The notes beneath the pieces are model-generated. The model saw only the letters and a program-made list of their open reading frames with translations. It did not search any database and was not told the DNA's origin. From a virus (Duplodnaviria > Heunggongvirae > Uroviricota > Caudoviricetes), in the IMG/VR virus record IMGVR_UViG_3300036951_000304: a DNA stretch of 64,000 nucleotides. The stretch is one strand, 5' to 3'. Both the position numbers and the translations under genes were made by a program. The number at the start of each line of letters is the position of its first letter. The first letter of the stretch is position 1. Positions 54,436 to 63,718 of this stretch are shown in pieces.

Positions 54436-55332
54436 TTATTTCTTGACATCAATGAATGGAACAACTCCACCACCAGTATAGTAAGGAAGTTTACCATCCC
54501 ATTTGTCAATAGCTTTACTCTGGACTTCAATTTTCCTCAACTCAACCAGTTTGTCCGTGACTTGTTCCTTCTGTAATCTCAAACTCTCAGCCTCGGCTTT
54601 TGCACTTGCTACCTTCTGGTCTGCCTCAATCTTGATTCTTTCAAGGTCATTCTTTGCCTTGAGGGCTAACTGTTCCGCGGTCTGTTTGGCTTCGATAGCC
54701 TTTGTGAACTCACCGGAGAACTTGAAATTGACGATTGAAATATCATCCACAATCAAACCATATTCAAGAAATCTCGTCTTGAGAAGATTCTTTGTCTCGT
54801 TACGAACCTTTTCACGAAGGGTAATCAATTCAACTGCCGTGAACTTTGCAGTAACCGCCTTGAAGATTTCCTGTACCTGTGGGTCAATAATCCTTTCTTT
54901 ATATTCCTTCCCGATGTTCTGGTATACCCACCACGCTCTATCGGGGTCAATATGATAGTTGACGGCGATAGTTGAATGTGCATCCTGTAAATCCTTGGAT
55001 GACGCATCAGCCGGTGTCTCTGCTTTCTGAACCCTCACATCGGCCTTATAAACCGATTGATATATTGGTGCGATAAAATGAAGTCCTTCACCAAGTACCC
55101 TTGACTGAACGGCTCCCCAATTCATCACGACACCCCTTTGACCTGCTCTCACAATCACAATAGGATTGAAAATCAGTAATATCAAAAGAAGAATAATAAG
55201 GGTTGCCGTAGAAACCCCAACCAATACTATTTTATTCTGTTTCAATAAATACCACAACCTTCCAAAGAAGGACTTTGGAATTTCCTCTCTCTGACTTTTT
55301 GCTGACCAATTATCTGACATATTTGCCTCCAT
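54436..55332 (-). CDS. SPFH/band-7 (prohibitin/HflK-like) membrane protein
   Basis: TM anchor then SPFH domain and C-terminal coiled coil AEQLALKAKNDLERIKIEADQKVASAKAEAE. Confidence 0.6.
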   Translation of the reverse strand: MEANMSDNWSAKSQREEIPKSFFGRLWYLLKQNKIVLVGVSTATLIILLLILLIFNPIVIVRAGQRGVVMNWGAVQSRVLGEGLHFIAPIYQSVYKADVRVQKAETPADASSKDLQDAHSTIAVNYHIDPDRAWWVYQNIGKEYKERIIDPQVQEIFKAVTAKFTAVELITLREKVRNETKNLLKTRFLEYGLIVDDISIVNFKFSGEFTKAIEAKQTAEQLALKAKNDLERIKIEADQKVASAKAEAESLRLQKEQVTDKLVELRKIEVQSKAIDKWDGKLPYYTGGGVVPFIDVKK

Positions 55333-55724
55333 TACTTTCTTTCTTTTATAGTGTAAAGAATAATCAACGACTTAAATATTTCTTCCCCGATAGTATCTTT
55401 CTGGACAATCAAACACGGTTTATCCAAAGGTAATAACACCTTATTCCCTATTATGACCTGATCATAACAAACGGCCTTCGTTTCGAAAGTGGAATAAAAT
55501 CGAATTAAAACATCACCGTTTTCTCCCGCGAATTTAAACCAGGCACAGGAATATTTCGGTTCTTTTTGAGTTACCGCGGATTTTATATCCACATATACCA
55601 ATTCACCCTTATCACTTTTACCGATTAACTCCCATTGTGGGATATGTTCCTGTGCATTTGCATAAGCGTGAAAGACCAAGAACATCACCAAAACCGTAAC
55701 CATTGTCCAGATAATTTTTCTCAT
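55332..55724 (-). CDS. secreted protein
   Basis: signal peptide MRKIIWTMVTVLVMFLVFHAYANA. Confidence 0.45.
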   Translation of the reverse strand: MRKIIWTMVTVLVMFLVFHAYANAQEHIPQWELIGKSDKGELVYVDIKSAVTQKEPKYSCAWFKFAGENGDVLIRFYSTFETKAVCYDQVIIGNKVLLPLDKPCLIVQKDTIGEEIFKSLIILYTIKERK

Positions 55725-55727
55725 AGT

Positions 55728-56267
55728 TTAGCTCCATAGTGACATAAAGTATTTTTGGAAGAGAGCAAACCCTTCCTTGTATTTCTGTATTTCTTCTTCT
55801 GTGGCTACACGACCACGGCAAGATGAATTAACCGCCTCTTTTGCTTTCTCGTATCTTTCCTCGGATTCGAAGCCGTCTGCTTCGAAATAGTAGATATCAA
55901 GATCTATAATCTTGATAATAAGATCAAATGTCCACGCGATCTTGCCAAGGATTTCTTTCCATTCGTCCATAGATTGAAGGTCTGATGGATAACCACAAGT
56001 TGTGTCCTTCAGATACAAGACACTATCCCTGATGGTTTTTGCAAGATAGAAATCGAGGCTCCAAGTGTCCATTGGCGCCCATCCTCTCTTGCCACGAATG
56101 AAATAAGATTTGATACATCTGAAAAAATGGCGGGTATTCTGTGGGAGCCTATGGATAATACCATAGGTTCTGTAGTATAACTTCTCATACCACTTGCGGT
56201 TTTCCAGGCGGGCAATCAAATCCTGAAGTGTATAATTTGGTTTGAATTGGTTCATTTTATTCCTCAC
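55728..56267 (-). CDS. hypothetical protein
   Basis: 179-aa ORF. Confidence 0.45.
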   Translation of the reverse strand: MRNKMNQFKPNYTLQDLIARLENRKWYEKLYYRTYGIIHRLPQNTRHFFRCIKSYFIRGKRGWAPMDTWSLDFYLAKTIRDSVLYLKDTTCGYPSDLQSMDEWKEILGKIAWTFDLIIKIIDLDIYYFEADGFESEERYEKAKEAVNSSCRGRVATEEEIQKYKEGFALFQKYFMSLWS

Positions 56268-56457
56268 AAAGTAAGTTTATCAAATCTCCTTTTGAGAGAT
56301 GCTTGAAATTGTTGTAATAAAGAGGGAGATGTTTGTCGAGCAGAGACAAGAGTTCTTCCTTTTCCAGATTTCTCATCCTGTTTCGCATCCCCCTCTTCCG
56401 GTCAATCTTCATATCACAATGATTTTGAAAATTTCTCCAGCTATTTTTGCTTTTCAT
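56257..56457 (-). CDS. hypothetical protein
   Basis: 66-aa ORF. Confidence 0.35.
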   Translation of the reverse strand: MKSKNSWRNFQNHCDMKIDRKRGMRNRMRNLEKEELLSLLDKHLPLYYNNFKHLSKGDLINLLCEE

Positions 56458-56684
56458 CAGTTCAATTTCCTCTTATCCACTTTCTGCTCTACACTCTCGA
56501 TTTTTCTTTTGAGCCAAAGCATATACACACTTGTGATATCGTGAAAATTCGTCAAATCACCAATATTGTAGGATGCGAGAGCCGTGAAGATTATACTTTT
56601 GAGATATCTCTCTTCAGGATATTCTTCGCTAATCTTATTGAGGGCCTCGATAATCCGTTCAGAATTTTCTCTGATCTTATCCAT
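56457..56684 (-). CDS. hypothetical protein
   Basis: 75-aa ORF. Confidence 0.4.
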   Translation of the reverse strand: MDKIRENSERIIEALNKISEEYPEERYLKSIIFTALASYNIGDLTNFHDITSVYMLWLKRKIESVEQKVDKRKLN

Positions 56685-56698
56685 TTATTGTTTCCTTT

Positions 56699-57223
56699 CT
56701 ATTGAGTTGTTTTCCAGGCATCTTCATCCGGCTGTTTATCATCTTCCTCAGTATCTTCCATCTCCTGTAAGAAATCCATAACAGCGTCCGCAAATTTATC
56801 AGGAACCATCAAATCAACTGGTAAGTAGTGTTCCGGTTGAGCATTTTCATCCTTGCAAATGACCACACCATACTCCCCGATAAACTCTTCCCACCAATCT
56901 TCGTCTTTTGCCCAATTGAGAAGATGACCAAAACCATCCCAAGTGTCAAAGTCCTGCTCATAAAGCGTGGCAACAATTTCCACGATGGACTTACCATCCC
57001 TGTCAATATACTCCTCGTCCATTGCTTCCACAAGAAACTTATCTCTATCATCATCGTTATAATAATTCGTCATACATCTTTCTCCTACTGGAATACATTT
57101 TGAATTTTTGAGATGTGGGCACTTTTTACCACAAAGAATACTATCCCAAAGATGTGGCTTACTGTGATAACAGTTTATTCCACATTTCCGGGCATTTTCA
57201 CATATAAACCAGGCTTCTGGCAT
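56699..57223 (-). CDS. Cys-rich N-term / acidic C-term protein
   Basis: CGINCYHSKPH..CGKKCPH..C; DE-rich tail. Confidence 0.45.
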   Translation of the reverse strand: MPEAWFICENARKCGINCYHSKPHLWDSILCGKKCPHLKNSKCIPVGERCMTNYYNDDDRDKFLVEAMDEEYIDRDGKSIVEIVATLYEQDFDTWDGFGHLLNWAKDEDWWEEFIGEYGVVICKDENAQPEHYLPVDLMVPDKFADAVMDFLQEMEDTEEDDKQPDEDAWKTTQ

Positions 57224-57423
57224 TATTCAACACCGAGCCTCTCAAGATAATTTTTGGTTGCATCGGGTTCCCTGTATATTACACAGACACCGCAACTTGT
57301 CAAATCACATTTGTTTGATCTATCGTGGGGATAGATATGATAACAATTTCTCCTATCACAAATTTCGTGATATTTACAAATGACTTTTCTTGCCAATCTT
57401 CTTTTCCTGTTTATTCTTACCAC
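57223..57423 (-). CDS. Cys-rich small protein, KNYLERLG family
   Basis: C-terminal KNYLERLGVE shared with next gene. Confidence 0.45.
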   Translation of the reverse strand: MVRINRKRRLARKVICKYHEICDRRNCYHIYPHDRSNKCDLTSCGVCVIYREPDATKNYLERLGVE

Positions 57424-57692
57424 GGTCTACCACCACCTCTGCCGCGACCAGAAGTTGATATACCAAGTCGCTCCAAATAATTTTTCTCATCGGTTTTTAC
57501 CAGATTACACTTGGTAAATCTCCCCACTATATAACACCAATATTTTTTCCTACTGCAATATTGCCCCTCGACAAGCTCTCCGTTTCGCCCCTCTATATAC
57601 ATTCTTCCGTGCTCATTGTAATGAGGGCAATTGGTGTGTATACATATTCCTTCAGATGATAATTTACAAACGAAAGCCATATTCAACTCCAA
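57417..57692 (-). CDS. Cys-rich small protein, KNYLERLG family with RGG tail
   Basis: KNYLERLGISTSGRGRGGGRPW. Confidence 0.45.
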   Translation of the reverse strand: MELNMAFVCKLSSEGICIHTNCPHYNEHGRMYIEGRNGELVEGQYCSRKKYWCYIVGRFTKCNLVKTDEKNYLERLGISTSGRGRGGGRPW

Positions 57693-57729
57693 GCAATATT
57701 ATATCATAAAACAAAGTTTCGGTCAATAA

Positions 57730-58116
57730 TTATTCGATGAAAAACAACCTATCCCATTCTGGAATAAAATCAGGGATTTCGATTTTATCACCGAACATCA
57801 TATTATATTCTTTGATGGCAAAAAGTATCTGTTTCAAATCGTCGCGAGATACTTCAACACCTATGGTATCGTAATCTTGCCGTGAACCTCTGACAAAAAG
57901 AGTTTTACTTTCCTCTCTCCATTCAGGGCATCCAGCAGATTTCAATTTCACCCCGTTACTTGATAAAAAGGAGCTGCCGGGGCGTAAGCCTGTACCAGAT
58001 TTCATCGGAACAAATCTTTCATTTCTATGAGACTGCTCGATAATACGCACAATGTTACGATTATTATCAAGTGTCCAGGCTTCCACTTCTATCAAGAGTT
58101 TCCTTTTCTCTTTCAT
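57730..58116 (-). CDS. hypothetical protein
   Basis: 128-aa ORF. Confidence 0.45.
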   Translation of the reverse strand: MKEKRKLLIEVEAWTLDNNRNIVRIIEQSHRNERFVPMKSGTGLRPGSSFLSSNGVKLKSAGCPEWREESKTLFVRGSRQDYDTIGVEVSRDDLKQILFAIKEYNMMFGDKIEIPDFIPEWDRLFFIE

Positions 58117-58553
58117 ACAAATTTCCTGTCAAGTATTTCCATCATATTGTTATCGGGGTCACTATATCTATCATATAATATTCTGGAAATGAGATTGTCG
58201 AGCATCTTCTGTTCCGTAATTGAAAGCCTCTTCCTCAATTCCCCACACATAAATGTAAGGCAAATATCGGCACGATATATACGGGGAAGTTTACATCCCC
58301 TGTTCAAATCGAGAAAACCATATCTCTCATTCCAATTATATCTTTCTTTCAATTTCAAAAAAAGATTATCGGATAACCATTTTCCTGAAAGCTCACGATA
58401 GGCATCCATTTGCCCACAATATCCACAACACCCCATAGCATCGGCATCGTGGAATAAAACATCACAGGATGGGCACAAATCTGCGGTAACATCTTTCAGA
58501 ATGTTTTCCATCCTTCGACATTCACTTATGTATCTTTGATAAAAATTATTCAT
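58113..58553 (-). CDS. Cys-rich protein
   Basis: CPSCD..(n)..CCGYCGQ. Confidence 0.45.
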   Translation of the reverse strand: MNNFYQRYISECRRMENILKDVTADLCPSCDVLFHDADAMGCCGYCGQMDAYRELSGKWLSDNLFLKLKERYNWNERYGFLDLNRGCKLPRIYRADICLTFMCGELRKRLSITEQKMLDNLISRILYDRYSDPDNNMMEILDRKFV

Positions 58554-58635
58554 TACAAAATCTTGTAAAGAAAAAGAGCGACGGTTATTCCGACGGCTAT
58601 TCCCATTGTAATCAATGCTCCAATGTCTCTATTGT

Positions 58636-58992
58636 CTATTTCCATAAATAAAGTACCAGTAACAACAAAACCATATAGTGGAGAAACTGGTCAAATCCTA
58701 TCATCACGAAAAATTCGTGTCGTTTATTGTTCAACCAGAACTTCTTGTTCAATCTTGCCGTCACATAGTCAATTGCGAAGTGTGAAATAAAAAGAGCACC
58801 AAAGGCAATGCCGGCCGTTTCCAAACCCCAAAACAAAAACAGTAAAGAAAGAGGAAAACTATATATAAGACAATGTTTTCCAAGAACTTTGTTATTCTCC
58901 GATTTCTGTAGAGCCATTGCATCGGATTGAAGAAAAAAATCCGTCACCCAATGAAGAAACAACAACAACAAAATAAACCGTATCATCATCAT
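58636..58992 (-). CDS. multi-pass membrane protein
   Basis: four hydrophobic helices. Confidence 0.45.
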   Translation of the reverse strand: MMMIRFILLLLFLHWVTDFFLQSDAMALQKSENNKVLGKHCLIYSFPLSLLFLFWGLETAGIAFGALFISHFAIDYVTARLNKKFWLNNKRHEFFVMIGFDQFLHYMVLLLLVLYLWK

Positions 58993-58993
58993 C

Positions 58994-59179
58994 TTACTTT
59001 CCTTTCTTATAATCTTTCAGCGGACACCAAGATGGAATTGTCCTTTTCTTTTTACCCTTCTCAATAGGTTTCATTTCCAGTTTATAACCACAAAAATCTG
59101 TCAAGTAATGAGAAACACCACTATTATTGATAAAGTACGGACAATCATTACAATATCTGATGATAATCTGTTTTACCAT
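58994..59179 (-). CDS. CxxCPYF-family small Cys protein
   Basis: RYCNDCPYFINN. Confidence 0.4.
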   Translation of the reverse strand: MVKQIIIRYCNDCPYFINNSGVSHYLTDFCGYKLEMKPIEKGKKKRTIPSWCPLKDYKKGK

Positions 59180-59359
59180 ATTTTATCTCCTACTGGTAAG
59201 GTGAAGAAATAAATAGATCAAAATGACAATAAATGACCACAAAGCGCGGGCCACCAAATCATAACAGATTGCCCATAAGAAGGAAAATCCCGGCGTAAAA
59301 ATTGTTGCTAATATATAATGTTTGTCAAACCACCATTGTAAAAAGTCCATATCGTTCTC

Positions 59360-59620
59360 CTATTTCTTTTTGATTTCTTTCAGGGCACGGACGATCCGGT
59401 CAACCTCTTCCGGTAAGACAGAAATGCGGGTTGTCTGATATCCGTTATGAGTAATGTAAAGGCCGTACTCGTCCTTATAGCGGAAATATGGCTCCTGTTT
59501 TGTCCAGACCTTGAAGTTCTTCTTGCGGAAATGCCTCATCCTCTCGATTTCCCTCACCCTATCCTCTTTCATCTTTTTAATCTCTTTCTTTGAAGGCTTC
59601 ATCGGGCACTCTCCACACAT
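59360..59620 (-). CDS. hypothetical protein
   Basis: 86-aa ORF. Confidence 0.4.
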   Translation of the reverse strand: MCGECPMKPSKKEIKKMKEDRVREIERMRHFRKKNFKVWTKQEPYFRYKDEYGLYITHNGYQTTRISVLPEEVDRIVRALKEIKKK

Positions 59621-59807
59621 CTTTGTCTCTGATTATGTCGGCGACCTTCTCTGAACGCCAAGACACCGTTCCACATATCTCACAGATTTCCACTATGATA
59701 TCAATTACAGGGTAACCCACATCCTCGTCACCGTTGAATGTGAGAACTCCCTGCATCCATTTCTTATTCTTCCCGTGAAAGAGAATACACCAGATTTTCT
59801 TTATCAT
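59577..59807 (-). CDS. hypothetical protein
   Basis: 76-aa ORF. Confidence 0.4.
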   Translation of the reverse strand: MIKKIWCILFHGKNKKWMQGVLTFNGDEDVGYPVIDIIVEICEICGTVSWRSEKVADIIRDKDVWRVPDEAFKERD

Positions 59808-59934
59808 TTTATTTGACCTCTCTTTATTTCAGATTTTATCAAGTCTCTTATCTTCTTGTCGAGAAGTTCCTCGGTTTTCTGTCTCGCGAGAGACTTACAG
59901 AGAACTTCCAATCTTTCCTTCGTTTCATCGTCCA

Positions 59935-60303
59935 TTATCTCAACTCCATCGGCTGTAATTCGTAGAACTCAACCCAATCCTGCTGTAACCAGACTTCGAT
60001 AGGGGAATGGGAGTAATCAGCATTTCGGAAACAGTAGATATATCCTACCTTCGAGCACCAATTCGGTTTTTCTTTCGTGGGTTTTGCGCCAGTAATATCC
60101 CTGTACATCGGAACTCTCTTGACATTACCATACTTCGCCTTGAGGAAATCTTTTGCATCCCTCAAAGAAAGGAAATTAATTGTCTCCGTCGCGAAAGTCT
60201 CGTACTTATCGTTCTTCTTGAAGGATTTGCCCGTAAGGGTAATTTTCAGTTGTATCATTTTATCACTCCTGTAAATCAAGTTCCAATATTTCAAAGGAAA
60301 CAT
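59935..60303 (-). CDS. hypothetical protein
   Basis: 122-aa ORF. Confidence 0.45.
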   Translation of the reverse strand: MFPLKYWNLIYRSDKMIQLKITLTGKSFKKNDKYETFATETINFLSLRDAKDFLKAKYGNVKRVPMYRDITGAKPTKEKPNWCSKVGYIYCFRNADYSHSPIEVWLQQDWVEFYELQPMELR

Positions 60304-60514
60304 TGTATATCAATGGTCTGACAGTTGTCACCCTCATTATATGATCCCTCAATTTCCCGGCTTCTTCCGTCGCCGTGGTTTCATTGAGATATACGGGGCT
60401 TTCCAGTTTGAAGGTGATAATATCTCCCGTTTCCGGATGGATCAATTTCCTGACAATGATGTAGACTTTTTTCATCTCAAATGCTCCAAGATATAGATAA
60501 TTCCAAGGTAGCAC
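60263..60514 (-). CDS. hypothetical protein
   Basis: 83-aa ORF. Confidence 0.4.
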   Translation of the reverse strand: MLPWNYLYLGAFEMKKVYIIVRKLIHPETGDIITFKLESPVYLNETTATEEAGKLRDHIMRVTTVRPLIYNVSFEILELDLQE

Positions 60515-60571
60515 AACACAACAATAACGGAAATACCAATGACTTCAAATAACAACATAATTTTTCTCCTT

Positions 60572-60802
60572 TTATATCAATTTCTCTTCTCTGTGTGGCG
60601 GTAGATAAAGTTCGTAAATATCTTCCTCAAATTCCCTGACAATTACGGGCAGCCACCTATGGCACTTCGGGCATTTGACTGTTCCCCGTCTTGTAACGGG
60701 AGAGAAAATAAGGTCATCCGTTGCGACAATCATATCATTCCGAACTTTACCCAAGAATAATCTTTCATCTGTACAGATTTTATTTTTTGTCCGCATATTC
60801 AC
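60572..60802 (-). CDS. zinc-ribbon small protein
   Basis: C..(n)..CPKCHRW. Confidence 0.4.
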   Translation of the reverse strand: MNMRTKNKICTDERLFLGKVRNDMIVATDDLIFSPVTRRGTVKCPKCHRWLPVIVREFEEDIYELYLPPHREEKLI

Positions 60803-60992
60803 CTATCCCGAAATGTCTCTTGTACATTTCACATTCCTTGAAGTGTTTGTGAAGCTCATCGGAAGTTCTCGCCCAGGCCGTCCACTTACCCCTCAAGAGG
60901 TCTTTCCTTGAAGGAAAAGGGAATACCATTGTCTTGACCGCTCCACAATAAGGGCAAGTCACCGTTGTCTCGTATGTGTTTGATTTTCTCAT
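60780..60992 (-). CDS. zinc-ribbon small protein
   Basis: CPYCGAV..(n)..HKHFKEC. Confidence 0.4.
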   Translation of the reverse strand: MRKSNTYETTVTCPYCGAVKTMVFPFPSRKDLLRGKWTAWARTSDELHKHFKECEMYKRHFGIGEYADKK

Positions 60993-61279
60993 TTTGCACC
61001 TATCCTTTTCAGATAATCGTCATCAAATGTGTCCAATTTTGTCTCCCGAGCCAGCCGTGCTGGTGGGGGATCTGCCCCATAAAGTTTCTGGTACGCTTCG
61101 ATACCCAAATCCCTGTATTCCTGCGCCCTGTGTGTCCTTCCCATATTTTCCATCCCCGTCGCAAATTCCTCTGCCATACGAATGAACCTTCTCAATTTCT
61201 CGCGGTCTGTAATCCTGTTCAACCGTGTTCTCAATTGAGGGATTGTCAATGTCTCAAATCTCATTCTTTCGTGTTCCAT
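60989..61279 (-). CDS. hypothetical protein
   Basis: 96-aa ORF. Confidence 0.45.
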   Translation of the reverse strand: MEHERMRFETLTIPQLRTRLNRITDREKLRRFIRMAEEFATGMENMGRTHRAQEYRDLGIEAYQKLYGADPPPARLARETKLDTFDDDYLKRIGAK

Positions 61280-61403
61280 ATTTTATCCTCTGTGTAAAAT
61301 GATGTAAAGACCAATCAGGGCTAATGCCAACCCGATTGCCGGGTGAGCACCGATTGTCACACCACCGATGAAGGTAACCAAAAGACCAGTAAGTGTTTTC
61401 ATT

Positions 61404-61559
61404 TTACTTTTCCTCTTCAATTCGATTCAACCAGACAAGGGCAAGCTCAATTTTCTGTTTATTGGTGAAATTATACTTCTCATCCTCAAGGATCATCCTT
61501 GCAGAGATTGCGTAAAGGCGGAGCTTGTCCAGCTTCCATTCAAGTTTTTCACTCATCTA
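61404..61559 (-). CDS. small protein (51 aa)
   Basis: MSEKLEWKLDKLRLYAISARMILEDEKYNFTNKQ. Confidence 0.25.
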
Positions 61560-61748
61560 CTTCCCCTCATCTTCATCCGGCCTGTCAAAGTCGAACAACA
61601 CCTGACCGCAGGTTTCACACTCGACCGACACATTTACCGGCTTAGTCGGGTCACCGTATACAACCACCTCAATCTTGTGACCGAAGTGTTCCAACAAATC
61701 ATAATAGTTCATATATCTTCCTTTCAGACCCACCGCCACCCATATCAT
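61557..61748 (-). CDS. small Cys protein
   Basis: CETCGQVLFDFDRPDEDEGK. Confidence 0.4.
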   Translation of the reverse strand: MIWVAVGLKGRYMNYYDLLEHFGHKIEVVVYGDPTKPVNVSVECETCGQVLFDFDRPDEDEGK

Positions 61749-61932
61749 TATTCTACTATTGTGCCCTTCGTTTTACGACACACTCTGTATATTCAGGATA
61801 AGCCATATAATGTAGATACCCAGCATAAAACCTATCGCCAGAACAGACAGACCCGCGAGGAAACCGATAAACTCAAAATTGACAACATTTGTAAATCCGT
61901 TCTTGAAGTCTTTCCACATAGTATTATCTCCC

Positions 61933-62160
61933 CTACACCGTAAACTTCCACTCTCTCGAGCGCTTGTTCCAAAGGTTGCAGAGCTCCAGCAGACCAGACT
62001 TCGCTCTGGAAATACTGTCAGCCAGAATATAGATAGGCATTTCTTCCGTTACCCTGTGGGAACGGCCCTCAAAGTGGCGGGTATAGAACAGTCCATACAT
62101 ATTATACTGCTCGGCCACTTCCTCATTGAAAGTGTAGGTCACATTCGCTTCTGTCAACAT
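61933..62160 (-). CDS. hypothetical protein
   Basis: start trimmed to follow 62165..62356. Confidence 0.4.
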   Translation of the reverse strand: MLTEANVTYTFNEEVAEQYNMYGLFYTRHFEGRSHRVTEEMPIYILADSISRAKSGLLELCNLWNKRSREWKFTV

Positions 62161-62164
62161 ATTT

Positions 62165-62356
62165 CTACTCCACTTCTTCCAGTACACGGTCAAGTTTATA
62201 GATATCGAACCATTTCCTTCCACACTTGTCACATCTGCAGATACGCCTGATTTCCGTTTCAGCGATATCATTATAAGGATAAGATGGTACGGTCTGTTCG
62301 ACATACCAGTTACCGCAGAACGGACAGAAAGACGGTTCTGCTAAGTAGTTTTTCAC
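62165..62356 (-). CDS. zinc-ribbon small protein
   Basis: CPFCGN..(n)..CRCDKCGRKW. Confidence 0.45.
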   Translation of the reverse strand: MKNYLAEPSFCPFCGNWYVEQTVPSYPYNDIAETEIRRICRCDKCGRKWFDIYKLDRVLEEVE

Positions 62357-62358
62357 GG

Positions 62359-62571
62359 TTATCTCCTGTACTTTACAATCCTGACTTCAACATCCCGCCT
62401 GTTCTGCAGAAGGTCGTTGACCTCATCAAGGGTCAATCCCTGACCAATCTCAAACTCCACGGTGTTGACAAGCTCTTTCACTTCGAATCGCGTCTGTGGC
62501 AGACGCAACTCCCTCAAGTCCGCCAATGTAATCTTTACTTTTTTCATTCTGTTTTCCTTTCCAAAAGGCAT
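62359..62571 (-). CDS. hypothetical protein
   Basis: 70-aa ORF downstream of minus-strand promoter. Confidence 0.45.
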   Translation of the reverse strand: MPFGKENRMKKVKITLADLRELRLPQTRFEVKELVNTVEFEIGQGLTLDEVNDLLQNRRDVEVRIVKYRR

Positions 62572-62671
62572 TATCTACCCTTTATTTTTGGCCCAGCGCC
62601 AAAATTTTTTATTGCGTAAACTACCCTTGTCAAAAAGCTTGTGCATTTCTAAACACAGATCCTCATTTTAC

Positions 62672-62710
62672 CCCTTTTTTGGAGTAAGGGGTAATTATTT
62701 TTTCGACAAT
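62672..62710 (+). terminator. terminator-like hairpin with T-run (plus orientation)
   Basis: stem ttacccctt/aaggggtaa followed by ttattttttcg. Confidence 0.35.
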
Positions 62711-62789
62711 TTGTGTATGTGTGTGAAAATAACACAAAAATGACAAAAAATTGACAAAATGTACCATTTTTCCATCATTTTGTATATTT

Positions 62790-62818
62790 TATCACATTTT
62801 TGTGTTTGTGTCAATACC
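62790..62818 (-). promoter_or_regulatory. sigma70-like promoter (minus strand)
   Basis: minus-strand TTGACA-17 bp-TAAAAT; flanked by 12-bp inverted repeat aacacaaaaatg/catttttgtgtt. Confidence 0.55.
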
Positions 62819-62838
62819 TCTGAAACCCTTGTGTGTCA

Positions 62839-62882
62839 AGGATTTGACATAGGTGGGGGGTACTGTGTAGTATATCCCCCAC
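62839..62882 (-). terminator. strong 12-bp hairpin downstream of 62905..63135
   Basis: cataggtggggg...cccccacctatg; no clear T-tract. Confidence 0.4.
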
Positions 62883-62904
62883 CTATGGGGTGCTAAGTCC
62901 TCTC

Positions 62905-63135
62905 TTAGCTCTTCTTTTCGAACTTGAGAGTAATGGTATCAGGAACATCCTCACCCCTTGGGGTATAGATGACACCCGTAATACCGTGACTACCACTCAC
63001 ATTGTAGGCGTGGAACCTCTTGGTGTCCTTGTAGAACTTGAATAACCCTGTAGCGCTAGTGCTAGGGGGGGTTTTCTTGGCCTTCGCCACCTGCTTCTGG
63101 ATTTCCTTACCCGTCATTTTGGTCTTTTTTGACAT
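62905..63135 (-). CDS. hypothetical basic protein
   Basis: 76-aa ORF, RBS aaggag. Confidence 0.5.
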   Translation of the reverse strand: MSKKTKMTGKEIQKQVAKAKKTPPSTSATGLFKFYKDTKRFHAYNVSGSHGITGVIYTPRGEDVPDTITLKFEKKS

Positions 63136-63164
63136 TTTTTAAATCTCCTTGTAAAGTGTTGTTA

Positions 63165-63512
63165 TTATTGGGTTCTATATACTTCTTTCCATCCGATATT
63201 GTCACATTGGTACATCCTGTTTGTGTAAACGTCCAGTATTACATCCCCTGTAGACATTGATGTATGGTCAAGGTCAAGGGATTGGATATAGTCTCTGGCC
63301 TCGCCATTGGGGCTCCACCTCTCACCTTGCATTTGAGTAAAGACCTCTTCAAGGCTCTTCGCCAATTGGGTCATTACAAACACATATTTTCCCCCTTTTG
63401 TGACCTTCTCGAAAGTCAGGTCGTGGTCAGGGGAAAAATCGGTGTCCTTCTTGTAGTACACCATATAAAGATGAATATAATCGTCCATTATTTTTTCCTC
63501 AAAATGTACCAA
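63165..63512 (-). CDS. hypothetical protein
   Basis: 115-aa ORF. Confidence 0.5.
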   Translation of the reverse strand: MVHFEEKIMDDYIHLYMVYYKKDTDFSPDHDLTFEKVTKGGKYVFVMTQLAKSLEEVFTQMQGERWSPNGEARDYIQSLDLDHTSMSTGDVILDVYTNRMYQCDNIGWKEVYRTQ

Positions 63513-63718
63513 ACGTCGTTCTTTACCGATTTGACTTCCTCAAGACCGAAAAGCCACAGATGGACATAGTGACCGTTTTTCAGTTTCCACGTTCCCGGCC
63601 CCACTATAGTGGCACCCTTGGAATAGTGTTTTCTGAAATAATTTTTCGTGGCCTTGGGCGTACCAAAGTTCTGGGCGAAAACAACATTTTTTGATGTTAT
63701 CTTTCTTATCCTTGGCAT
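63488..63718 (-). CDS. hypothetical protein
   Basis: RBS aaggaggtaatATG. Confidence 0.5.
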   Translation of the reverse strand: MPRIRKITSKNVVFAQNFGTPKATKNYFRKHYSKGATIVGPGTWKLKNGHYVHLWLFGLEEVKSVKNDVWYILRKK

